Virus record (IMG/VR): IMGVR_UViG_3300001533_000890
Span: 64,449 to 78,726 of that record
Reading direction: 5' to 3' (one strand)
Source: a virus
Taxonomy: Duplodnaviria; Heunggongvirae; Uroviricota; Caudoviricetes
Length of the DNA stretch: 14,278 bases
Shown one piece after another: positions 1 to 7,040 of this stretch; within the stretch, counting starts at the first letter, position 1, and each line of letters opens with the position of its first letter. Below the pieces are notes generated by a model, which ran no database searches, was not told the DNA's origin, and saw only the letters and a list, made by a program, of their open reading frames with translations. The position numbers and the translations under genes were made by a program.

Positions 1-1
1 G

Positions 2-169
2 ACTAAAGCTGAGACACAGTTTGCGTGGGATAATCCCGGAAAAGATATGCCGCCAAACTTTGAGTCCGTATTCTTTACAAAAGGACAGGTGGTTACTTTT
101 AAGTATCGGGAGCTATCCGACGACGGTATCCCTAAAGAAGCACGTTACTGGCGCTGCCGGTCCTCCTAA
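2..169 (+). CDS. ATP-dependent DNA ligase, C-terminal OB-domain fragment (5' part outside window)
   Basis: Frame 2 (not in the ORF track) reads TKAETQFAWDNPGKDMPPNFESVFFTKGQVVTFKYRELSDDGIPKEARYWRCRSS*. G-x-x-VTFKY-x-x-LS-x-x-G-x-P...R matches the C-terminal OB motif of minimal ATP-dependent ligases. Stop TAA at 167-169. Confidence 0.75.
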   Translation, partial: TKAETQFAWDNPGKDMPPNFESVFFTKGQVVTFKYRELSDDGIPKEARYWRCRSS

Positions 170-181
170 GAAAGGTTTACT

Positions 182-1192
182 ATGCGATTACCACGTTACT
201 TGTCTCCCTCGTCTTTGGCAACTTGGGAGTCTGACCGCGAGGCATTTTACTTGAAGTATCTCGCCGAGGATCGTCCTCCATCGATTCCTCAAGCAAATTA
301 CATGGCTATTGGCTCGGCCTTTGATGCTTATGTTAAAGCAGCCTTGCACGCGGCCTGCTTTGGGGTAGGTAGCGACCCTCGCTTTGAGTTTGACAACATT
401 TTTGCTGACCAGGTGGAGGAACATAACCGAGATTGGGCCCTTGAAACAGGTAAGTTTGCCTTTGAGTGCTACAAATATTCCGGGGTCTATGACGAGTTGC
501 TGGCAATGCTGTTAGAAAGCACAACCGATCCTTTGTTTGAATTCAAGGTTGAAGGAACCGTGGGCGGCGTCCCCGTACTTGGAAAGCCAGACTGTTGTTT
601 TACACACCGTGGCGGTGCTAATGTAATTCTTGACTGGAAAGTAAATGGGTACTGCTCAAAGCACGGGGCTAGTCCATACAAAGGGTTCTCCAACGTCCGG
701 GCAGGTTGGGACACTTCAAAGGTAAAGGCACCCCGGGGCATCGGTTCATCCCATAAAATGTACGTTCCCAAGGTTTACAAAGACCTTGAAATTGGAACAC
801 ACTACCTCGAAGATTCCAGTAAAGACTGGGCAGACCAGCTTTCTATCTATGGGTGGCTACTAGGCTATGAAGTTGGGTCGGAATCAACGGTTGTGTGCAT
901 CGACCAGCTAGTCTGTAAACCCGCCCAACCTGACCGCCCGCTAATTCGTGTGGCTACCCATCGTTGTAGAATATCCGAAGGCTGGCAGAAAACACTTTTA
1001 GATAGGCTCGTAACCTGTTGGAAGCAAATTCAGTCTGGACACATCTTTGAGGACCGAACGTTTGACGAAAGTGTGGCTTTGGGTAAGGTGTTGGACATGC
1101 AAGCATCCGCGCACGCGGAAGTGAACGCTGGTAGCGTCGAGGAATGGGTGTGTAATATTTCAAGGGGGGCGTCATGCTTCCGGCAGAGATAA
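182..1192 (+). CDS. PD-(D/E)XK (RecB/Cas4-like) nuclease
   Basis: N-terminal LSPSSL..W....FYLKYL and M..GSAFD motifs, motif II GKPD, motif III LDWK, and RecB-type QLSIY (QxxxY). RBS gaaagg upstream of the ATG. Confidence 0.8.
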   Translation: MRLPRYLSPSSLATWESDREAFYLKYLAEDRPPSIPQANYMAIGSAFDAYVKAALHAACFGVGSDPRFEFDNIFADQVEEHNRDWALETGKFAFECYKYSGVYDELLAMLLESTTDPLFEFKVEGTVGGVPVLGKPDCCFTHRGGANVILDWKVNGYCSKHGASPYKGFSNVRAGWDTSKVKAPRGIGSSHKMYVPKVYKDLEIGTHYLEDSSKDWADQLSIYGWLLGYEVGSESTVVCIDQLVCKPAQPDRPLIRVATHRCRISEGWQKTLLDRLVTCWKQIQSGHIFEDRTFDESVALGKVLDMQASAHAEVNAGSVEEWVCNISRGASCFRQR

Positions 1193-1674
1193 CATTCAAA
1201 ATAACAACAGAACCCGACCGCAACCGGCTTCGCGATGTTGATTTGAAAAGTTTTCACACCCCTTGGACCCATTCTGAATGGCAAGAGGCCGGGAATCAAC
1301 CTCGAACATACCTTGGCGTGGTTGAGCTAAAAGGGGTGTTAATCGGCTTTGCTCTTTGGCAGCGAAATCCAGAACCGAGCGAAGTTAACTTGCGCAGGTT
1401 GGCGGTGCGGCCCGATTGTCAAGGAAGCGGTATAGGAACTTATTTGCTGCAACAAATGGAAAACCACGCGCGTAAAATTAAGTTACAATGGGCTTGTGCC
1501 GTGGCGCTTGAGTTATGGTGCAGCGGCGGCCGCGACGTGGGGGCCTGGTTACGCGCCAACGGGTACCGAGCTTATACACCGCTTCTACCCAACTACGCGA
1601 TTGTTGACGGCGTATCTGTTGACGCCATTCCGTTTAAAAAGGAGCTAACAAATGAGTGTTTCATTAATTGTTGA
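1174..1674 (+). CDS. GNAT N-acetyltransferase, RimI-like
   Basis: D-x-x-SF-x-x-PW helix, LIGFALW strand, and acetyl-CoA motif A RLAVRPDCQGSGIGTYLL. G-rich RBS at 1163-1168. Confidence 0.85.
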   Translation: MLPAEITFKITTEPDRNRLRDVDLKSFHTPWTHSEWQEAGNQPRTYLGVVELKGVLIGFALWQRNPEPSEVNLRRLAVRPDCQGSGIGTYLLQQMENHARKIKLQWACAVALELWCSGGRDVGAWLRANGYRAYTPLLPNYAIVDGVSVDAIPFKKELTNECFINC

Positions 1675-1927
1675 CCCTGCCCGGGCGCGTATTAAAGCTA
1701 CTAAAATGACGGGGGACCATCTACTACAGGTTCTTGAGACATTGGCATCAAATGCCGAACTGGCGGGGGAGGAAAGTTCGACGGTGTGTGTTTTCTACGT
1801 TCAAGAAAACGACCACCTTCAAGCAGGTAAGTATGTGCCAGAGCTTTATTTGTCCGTGCGGCGACTAACTGATGAAGACATTGAAACAAACATGAAAGAC
1901 CCCAAGTACAGGAGAGGCGATGAGTAA
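1652..1927 (+). CDS. hypothetical protein
   Basis: 91 aa, RBS aaggag, overlaps both neighbours in operon fashion. Confidence 0.75.
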   Translation: MSVSLIVDPARARIKATKMTGDHLLQVLETLASNAELAGEESSTVCVFYVQENDHLQAGKYVPELYLSVRRLTDEDIETNMKDPKYRRGDE

Positions 1928-2354
1928 CGACTCTATTTTAGCTTGCTTGTTTGTCGATGAGAAAAACGGCGACCCAGTTGATGGACATTATTCACGTGCG
2001 CGTGGGTACGAATGTTTGGACAACTTTGTGAGAAGAATTTGCCCGACAGGACGCGCAATCCGGACAATTACGGATATACGCCCGTTTCAATTAAGGTACC
2101 GGTCATTTCAAATTTACGTTGTTGATATTGGGGGCTATCCCGCCCATGTACAAGCTCCCTTTATGCTGGCTCTTGGGAATATCGTCCGCGCACGCCGAAG
2201 CCGTTTGTTTCTTTTCTGGTCCAGCAAGTCACTAAAGCCGTTCAGAGCCACGAATCCGGATTTAATTGGTAGTCCTAATTGTATTGATTGTACTGAGTGG
2301 GACGAGGAGGGCCAATGTAAACGGCAGCTTGACAAGCTGGTAAAATTATGGTAG
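1920..2354 (+). CDS. hypothetical protein, possible atypical receiver (CheY-like) fold
   Basis: RBS aggagagg. Strand pattern LACLFVDE / IYVVDIG / LFLFWSS. The fold call is inference only. Confidence 0.7.
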   Translation: MSNDSILACLFVDEKNGDPVDGHYSRARGYECLDNFVRRICPTGRAIRTITDIRPFQLRYRSFQIYVVDIGGYPAHVQAPFMLALGNIVRARRSRLFLFWSSKSLKPFRATNPDLIGSPNCIDCTEWDEEGQCKRQLDKLVKLW

Positions 2355-2357
2355 ACT
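2329..2357 (+). promoter_or_regulatory. sigma70-type promoter with extended -10
   Basis: TTGACA (2329-2334), 17-nt spacer, TGG then TAGACT (2352-2357). 24/29 nt identical to the promoter at 12037-12065. Predicted +1 near 2363-2364. Confidence 0.75.
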
Positions 2358-2363
2358 TGAGTA

Positions 2364-3005
2364 AACACGCAAGATGAAAGACTCAGGATGCCGGTTCAGT
2401 ACCCGATAATTAAGTTAGCCTATGGTGTCCCGGAAGTTTGGGCGGCAGTAAACTGGCTGGCTGCCCAGCGTGGACACATACTGGAGAGGGGTGTTAGGTA
2501 TGGCTTATCAGGACGTTGTCGCAATGGCGAATTATTTGGCGCACCAATTCCTAGCAGACCCCGGTGGTTTGAACCTTGGGAAGTAAAGGAATTTTCATTT
2601 ACCTTTAATAGCGACGGAAGCCGGGAGGCACTTACTGTACCCCTTCATGTGCGGGACATTTTTGTGACAAGTGGCGGCAATTATCGTATTTGCACCCCCT
2701 TTGTTACTTTGAGGGTACATTATAGTACCGTGCCCCAGGAACCCGCCGATATTGTCACGCTAGCTATACATCGTAGGCGGGTGGTCCAGCCGACGGAAAA
2801 TAGCTTCTGCCCGGTGCCAGCAGATAGTGGCGTCGAGCCGACAGGGCAGGCCAGTAGTTTGGCCGATAGAGTTACCCTGCAATTCGGAACGCCACGTTTC
2901 TACCCACGCGGGGGTGTTAGGACTTCCGTGCCTTTTGGAGTGAGTAGACGTGTAACATAGGTGGGTCACACCGCCCTTGGCCGGGAGTTAGGGCTGCATT
3001 ACCAA
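2364..3005 (+). ncRNA. candidate large structured non-coding RNA (family unassigned)
   Basis: Own promoter plus about a dozen mostly nested helices. Examples: 2425-2430/2472-2477, 2439-2446/2460-2467, 2518-2522/2611-2615, 2584-2589/2602-2607, 2664-2670/2752-2758, 2673-2677/2743-2747, 2827-2833/2889-2895, 2842-2846/2875-2879, 2849-2853/2860-2864, 2907-2914/2923-2930, 2973-2977/2990-2994. Boundaries are approximate. Confidence 0.5.
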
Positions 3006-3032
3006 AGCGATTCAGCGACTAAAGAGCAAGCT

Positions 3033-4001
3033 ATGCGACTGTTTAACTGCCCGTTCCAAGACGTTTTGTCACGGCTCCCGCACTTCAAGATGATTTTTGC
3101 GGACCCGCCAGACAATATCGGGCTCGGATACAGTAATTACCGGGACTCTCTATCTGCTAAAGATTATGCCAATCTTCTGGCGGACACGTTGTTTTTAGGT
3201 AGCACGAAATGTGACATTCTCTGGCTTAGCTTTAATGCCCAACACCTCCCGCTACTCGGAAACCTTACGACAACTTTCCTTGAGAAAACGGGTTGGTGCT
3301 TCAAACCATGCGTACAGATTTTCACATTTGGACAGCATAACCACCGAGACTTTGGAAATAACCACCGCCCATTGTGGCGTTTTTCCAGGCCCGGTGCCAC
3401 GTTTTACCCTGACGCCGTTCGTGTACCATCCTGGCGTCAGTTAAACGGAGACAGAAGAGCCGATCCCCGGGGCCGGGTCCCTGGCGATTGTTTTGACTTT
3501 CCCCGTGTTGTGGGTAACAGCGGCCAACGCCGCCGCTGGCACCCAACACAACTACACGAAGACTTGTACCGGCGCTGCGTGAAATTTAGTTGTGCCCCTG
3601 GGGAGCCCGTATGTGATATTTATGCCGGCACAGGTACCCTGGCTCGTGTCTGTCAAGCGACGGAAAATCCATGCACCCTCATTGAATCGGACGTTACTTA
3701 CTGTAAAAAACTAGCATTGGAACACAATTTGCACCTGTTACAGGCGTCAACACCGCCTGAGTGGAGAGAAACCATGTTGAACATTAAAGACTTTCGAGGT
3801 CGAGACATTGTCGAAGGGTCCACCATCGCCTACCCCGTGCGCCGTGGTTCATCAATGTGGATGGCCGAAGTACATGTCTGTCGAATAATTGAGGAGCCCG
3901 GAGCAGACGGACTAACACCACAGCCGGTTCTTATTGGAATCAATAAGAATGGCCGTCGAGTTCGTTTTACCCACCCACAACGAGCTGTTGTTTTGTCGTA
4001 A
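3033..4001 (+). CDS. beta-class N4-C/N6-A DNA methyltransferase, divergent, with ~75-aa C-terminal extension
   Basis: Motif IV region IFADPPDNIG (DPPD, 3102-3113), then HPTQ and the SAM-binding VCDIYAGTGT, which is the beta-class order. The frame is open from GTG 2961, but ATG 3033 (MRLFNCPFQDVL) gives the usual N-terminus length. Confidence 0.8.
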   Translation: MRLFNCPFQDVLSRLPHFKMIFADPPDNIGLGYSNYRDSLSAKDYANLLADTLFLGSTKCDILWLSFNAQHLPLLGNLTTTFLEKTGWCFKPCVQIFTFGQHNHRDFGNNHRPLWRFSRPGATFYPDAVRVPSWRQLNGDRRADPRGRVPGDCFDFPRVVGNSGQRRRWHPTQLHEDLYRRCVKFSCAPGEPVCDIYAGTGTLARVCQATENPCTLIESDVTYCKKLALEHNLHLLQASTPPEWRETMLNIKDFRGRDIVEGSTIAYPVRRGSSMWMAEVHVCRIIEEPGADGLTPQPVLIGINKNGRRVRFTHPQRAVVLS

Positions 4002-4016
4002 CCCAAGGAGCTTATA

Positions 4017-4223
4017 ATGCCACTGTATTCCTACAAGTGTGATCGGTGCGGCCGGTCTTTTGAAGAACTGTGTTCAGTCGCGGGGGCTGACAAACGGTGC
4101 AAGGAACCTTGCCCCGGCTGCGGGGACAACAGTGTTCGTCGAGAACTGGGCATCCCTGCGGTTCACATGCGTTATTCCCCGATGCACCCCCGGCACATGC
4201 GCGGCCAGCGGAGGTCCAAATGA
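4017..4223 (+). CDS. FmdB-family zinc ribbon protein
   Basis: MPLYSYKCDRCGRSFEEL...CPGCG...VRR matches the MPxYxYxCxxCG...CPxCG signature. RBS aaggag. Confidence 0.9.
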   Translation: MPLYSYKCDRCGRSFEELCSVAGADKRCKEPCPGCGDNSVRRELGIPAVHMRYSPMHPRHMRGQRRSK

Positions 4224-4903
4224 ACTGGACACCGCAGAAAATTGCCAAACACATTGACCTAGCAGTCTTGAAGCCATACCACCGGTGGATAGATGTCGAC
4301 GAATTCTGTTACAAAGCATGCGACTGGGGATGTGCCTCTATTTGTGTTAAACCACCGTATGTTTCACGGACGGCGGCAATTCTTCAAGACTTGCCTATTT
4401 CGGTTGGCACTGTAATTGGGTTCCCGCATGGCGGCTTTTCACGGGAGAGCAAACGCTATGAATGTCTTGAGGCCCTTGGCCAGGGGGCAACAGAACTGGA
4501 TGCAGTCCTAACCGTTTCGTCGATACTTTCACGAGACTGGGGAGCCGTTCGTGCAGAACTTGAAATGTACGCTGGCCTACCTGCGGGTGTTGTAAAAGTA
4601 ATCCTGGAGACGGGGTATTTGACAAGGGTTCAAATTCGGCATACGTGTGAATTGGCTGCAACAATTGGCGGGCGAATTGCTTTTGTTAAAACCTCTACCG
4701 GCTACGGTCCTCGCGGGGCCAGCTTGGCAGACGTTAAGACGATGATTTCGGCTTGCAAGGGGCGTCTTGGCGTGAAGGCAAGTGGAGGCATCCGACGACT
4801 GTTTGAAGCCAAGGCATTTCTAAACGCGGGCTGCACTCGGCTGGGCGTAGGATCTCTTGAGTTTTTGTATGAGGACACCCCTAATCTTGGAGACGTACAG
4901 TAG
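4220..4903 (+). CDS. deoC: deoxyribose-phosphate aldolase
   Basis: IDLAVLKP, SICVKP, VGTVIGFPHG, GATELDAV, VKVILETGYL, FVKTSTG (Schiff-base Lys), GVKASGGIR, AGCTRLG. ATGA overlap with the upstream stop fixes the start at 4220. Confidence 0.93.
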   Translation: MNWTPQKIAKHIDLAVLKPYHRWIDVDEFCYKACDWGCASICVKPPYVSRTAAILQDLPISVGTVIGFPHGGFSRESKRYECLEALGQGATELDAVLTVSSILSRDWGAVRAELEMYAGLPAGVVKVILETGYLTRVQIRHTCELAATIGGRIAFVKTSTGYGPRGASLADVKTMISACKGRLGVKASGGIRRLFEAKAFLNAGCTRLGVGSLEFLYEDTPNLGDVQ

Positions 4904-4904
4904 C

Positions 4905-5471
4905 ATGAACAGACTAAAGCACACACGCGGGTACTTGTGTGGCGCAATGGACCGGGTGGCGGACGCCGGTGAAGGCTGGCGGGTAGCATTACAAGAACAT
5001 CTACGGGACCTGGGCGTCTTTTGGCTTGACCCTACTCACAAGCCTATCCCCTTGGGAATCGAGGACGATGCTATCCGAGCCCGCATCAATATGCTAAAAC
5101 AGCAGGGGCGCTTCGATGAACTGCCGGAAGCATTGTCCATAATCCGCGCCGTTGACCTCCGAATGGTTGACATTTCGGACTTTCTTGTTGTAAACCTTGA
5201 CTTGGAGGTTCATGCAACCGGGACCTATGAAGAGTTGTTCCTGGCAAACCGCCAGAAGAAGCCTATCATTATTCATGTCGAGCAGGGTAAATCGAACACG
5301 CCAAACTGGTTATTTGGCGCTGTTCCACACCAAATGATTTTCTCAACCTGGGCCGAGGTTGTATCCTACCTTCTAAGCATTGACAGTGACCCGGTAGTTG
5401 AGACTTATGACCGTTGGCGTTTCTTTGATTTTGAACTCTGCCGAAAGTTCGAGGATACTAATGCACTTTGA
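4905..5471 (+). CDS. nucleoside 2-deoxyribosyltransferase / N-glycosidase family protein
   Basis: YLCGAM strand, W...LDP, D-x-x-x-V-x-x-SD-x-x-VV, and GT-x-x-E-x-x-x-A-x-x-x-x-KP with the nucleophile Glu. ATG follows the deoC stop by 1 nt. Confidence 0.8.
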   Translation: MNRLKHTRGYLCGAMDRVADAGEGWRVALQEHLRDLGVFWLDPTHKPIPLGIEDDAIRARINMLKQQGRFDELPEALSIIRAVDLRMVDISDFLVVNLDLEVHATGTYEELFLANRQKKPIIIHVEQGKSNTPNWLFGAVPHQMIFSTWAEVVSYLLSIDSDPVVETYDRWRFFDFELCRKFEDTNAL

Positions 5472-5775
5472 TATTCCACTCCGGTCCCCCGGCTATTACG
5501 TCACCGTGTTTTTGAATTATAATGTTGTCGCTACCGGGGGACCACCAGACCCTCCTTGTGATGTTGTCCTTAAGGGTGGCTCGTTTCTTGAGCTTTGGCA
5601 GGTAAGAGGGTCAGCGGGATGCATAGAGAAGCGTGTGATTCTCTCGGCGGAGGATTGTAAGGGTTCTTTTGATAAGTTTATTTGTAACTACATCCGACGA
5701 AATCGGGACGAGCTTACAACCCTTTGCCGTCAATTTGAACTTGACAATTTTCCAGCGTGTGGTAAGATTGAATAG
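5461..5775 (+). CDS. hypothetical protein
   Basis: RBS gagga before ATG 5461; overlaps the upstream stop. Confidence 0.65.
   Translation: MHFDIPLRSPGYYVTVFLNYNVVATGGPPDPPCDVVLKGGSFLELWQVRGSAGCIEKRVILSAEDCKGSFDKFICNYIRRNRDELTTLCRQFELDNFPACGKIE
5741..5768 (+). promoter_or_regulatory. sigma70-type promoter with extended -10
   Basis: TTGACA (5741-5746), 16-nt spacer, TGG then TAAGAT (5763-5768), at the 3' end of the upstream gene. Confidence 0.6.
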
Positions 5776-5810
5776 CGGCCAACATTCTGACACCCTAACT
5801 AAAGAAGCTT

Positions 5811-6086
5811 ATGGGACGCGAAGCAACGACTCTTAAAAGAACCGGTCACAAAGGACAATTTGTGAAGTATCCCTCTAACTGGGAGAAGCGAATGGTTCAC
5901 ACAGGTAAACGTCGATTTGACACATCGTGCGACCTTATCTGTGGCATGTGTGCGTGCGGAGAACGTCACAGTATTGATGACGATTGGGTCCAAAGTCTTC
6001 TTGCCAACTATAATTGTCGAATCGAGACACACGCAGAATGGTTGGAACGACAACGCGCCCAAGGTGGCCCCGACCTGAAAGGGTAG
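5811..6086 (+). CDS. hypothetical protein with Cys/His cluster (possible Zn binding)
   Basis: 91 aa containing CDLICGMCACGERH. Confidence 0.65.
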   Translation: MGREATTLKRTGHKGQFVKYPSNWEKRMVHTGKRRFDTSCDLICGMCACGERHSIDDDWVQSLLANYNCRIETHAEWLERQRAQGGPDLKG

Positions 6087-6088
6087 TG

Positions 6089-6412
6089 ATGCTTTATTTT
6101 GACAAGCTTGCACGTAACGCCGGGCTGCCGACCAAAACTATTTGGTTTGACTTTACGCGAGGCATGCGCATACTTGAGCTGCCAAGCGGGTGGGCTATTC
6201 AAACAGCTAACGCTGACATTGAGGGTAATACGCTGTTTGAAACTCTTATTAGCTGGGATAGCTATACCGCGTTAGTTGTGAGGCGCGAAGTTCTTACCCG
6301 GGAGGGTGACATTATTGACCCGAAAGATTGGGAGCAGGGCAGTAGCGTAAGAGAAGATGCCTACCCAATAGGGTCCGTCGTTCGGCTACGAAAAGGAGCC
6401 CCCGATGCTTAG
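6089..6412 (+). CDS. hypothetical protein
   Basis: ATG 6089 lies 2 nt after the upstream stop; protein-like composition; overlaps the next gene. Confidence 0.65.
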   Translation: MLYFDKLARNAGLPTKTIWFDFTRGMRILELPSGWAIQTANADIEGNTLFETLISWDSYTALVVRREVLTREGDIIDPKDWEQGSSVREDAYPIGSVVRLRKGAPDA

Positions 6413-7040
6413 CAATATAATTTGTCTACCATACCCTAGCTTTCAGGCGTCAATTGATTGTTACTCGGCGCGTACGCTACGCCAAACACTACGGGAGGCG
6501 GCAAAAATTTCCGAGTGGCTACTGGAGCCCCGGTCGTCTTGTGTTCGGCCCTCAATGACCCAGTCGTATTTGGCTTGGCGGCATTGGCCCGGCGCTTTTG
6601 CCTCGTTTGCGGCTCGCTGTATAAATACTTGCGAAAAACGCGACCTGCCCCTACCCGCTCATTCGGTTGGGGTGCTAGAGAAGTTTTTCCAAGATAAAGG
6701 GTCAACCCGGTTAGAAAAGCCACTCTGGCTAGGTTGGACACGGGTACACACGGTCCATCGGCAACTACTCCTGTGGGCCGGAAAGGCCGAGCAACTTATG
6801 GACCGATTGAAACTTATTTCGTGCGACCACGTCGATCTGTTTTGGAGCTTGTCCGGGCTTTCTTGTGCCGAGGATCTCTATTCATTGAACCCCGGCACTG
6901 TTCACCGGCTACATCGACTACTTGACGAGTATCAAACCCCACTGGCCGCTGAAAATCACTATGAGCAGCATTTTCCCGGCGTAATTGTCGATGACACTGT
7001 TATTCTCTACCATCGAACAAAAGAAGATTACTATGTTTAA
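6405..7040 (+). CDS. pyrimidine-dimer DNA glycosylase/endonuclease V-like (MSMEG_6728-type) protein, divergent
   Basis: CLPYPSF..S......L.Q...EA..I, W..W..A, and P.WLG...VH..HR..LL...HY...FP match the family pattern, with an internal insertion. RBS aaggag. Confidence 0.65.
   Translation: MLSNIICLPYPSFQASIDCYSARTLRQTLREAAKISEWLLEPRSSCVRPSMTQSYLAWRHWPGAFASFAARCINTCEKRDLPLPAHSVGVLEKFFQDKGSTRLEKPLWLGWTRVHTVHRQLLLWAGKAEQLMDRLKLISCDHVDLFWSLSGLSCAEDLYSLNPGTVHRLHRLLDEYQTPLAAENHYEQHFPGVIVDDTVILYHRTKEDYYV

Noticed and set aside
1189-1192. ATAA overlap suggesting an AUA start for the GNAT gene
   Set aside because: An in-frame ATG at 1174 with a G-rich RBS explains the start.
2388-2960. 190-aa + strand ORF
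   Set aside because: Not listed as a CDS because of its weak RBS, no recognisable motif, shadow-like composition and complete overlap with a dense helix network. Not excluded: 190 open codons is long for chance.
3010-3023. TTCAGCGACTAAA resembles the group I intron R element
   Set aside because: No downstream S element (AAGxUAUAGUC-like) to form P7, and no interrupted host gene is visible.
4097-4219. N-terminal extension of deoC in the ORF track
   Set aside because: It overlaps the FmdB gene entirely; DeoC homology and the ATGA coupling start at 4220.
5461-5775. TGGPPD motif as a tenth GGPP paralog
   Set aside because: The motif is near the N-terminus and lacks the preceding helices, the F-x before GG and the downstream G-[ST]-L...D. 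KGPP in 11777-12040 was rejected for the same reason.
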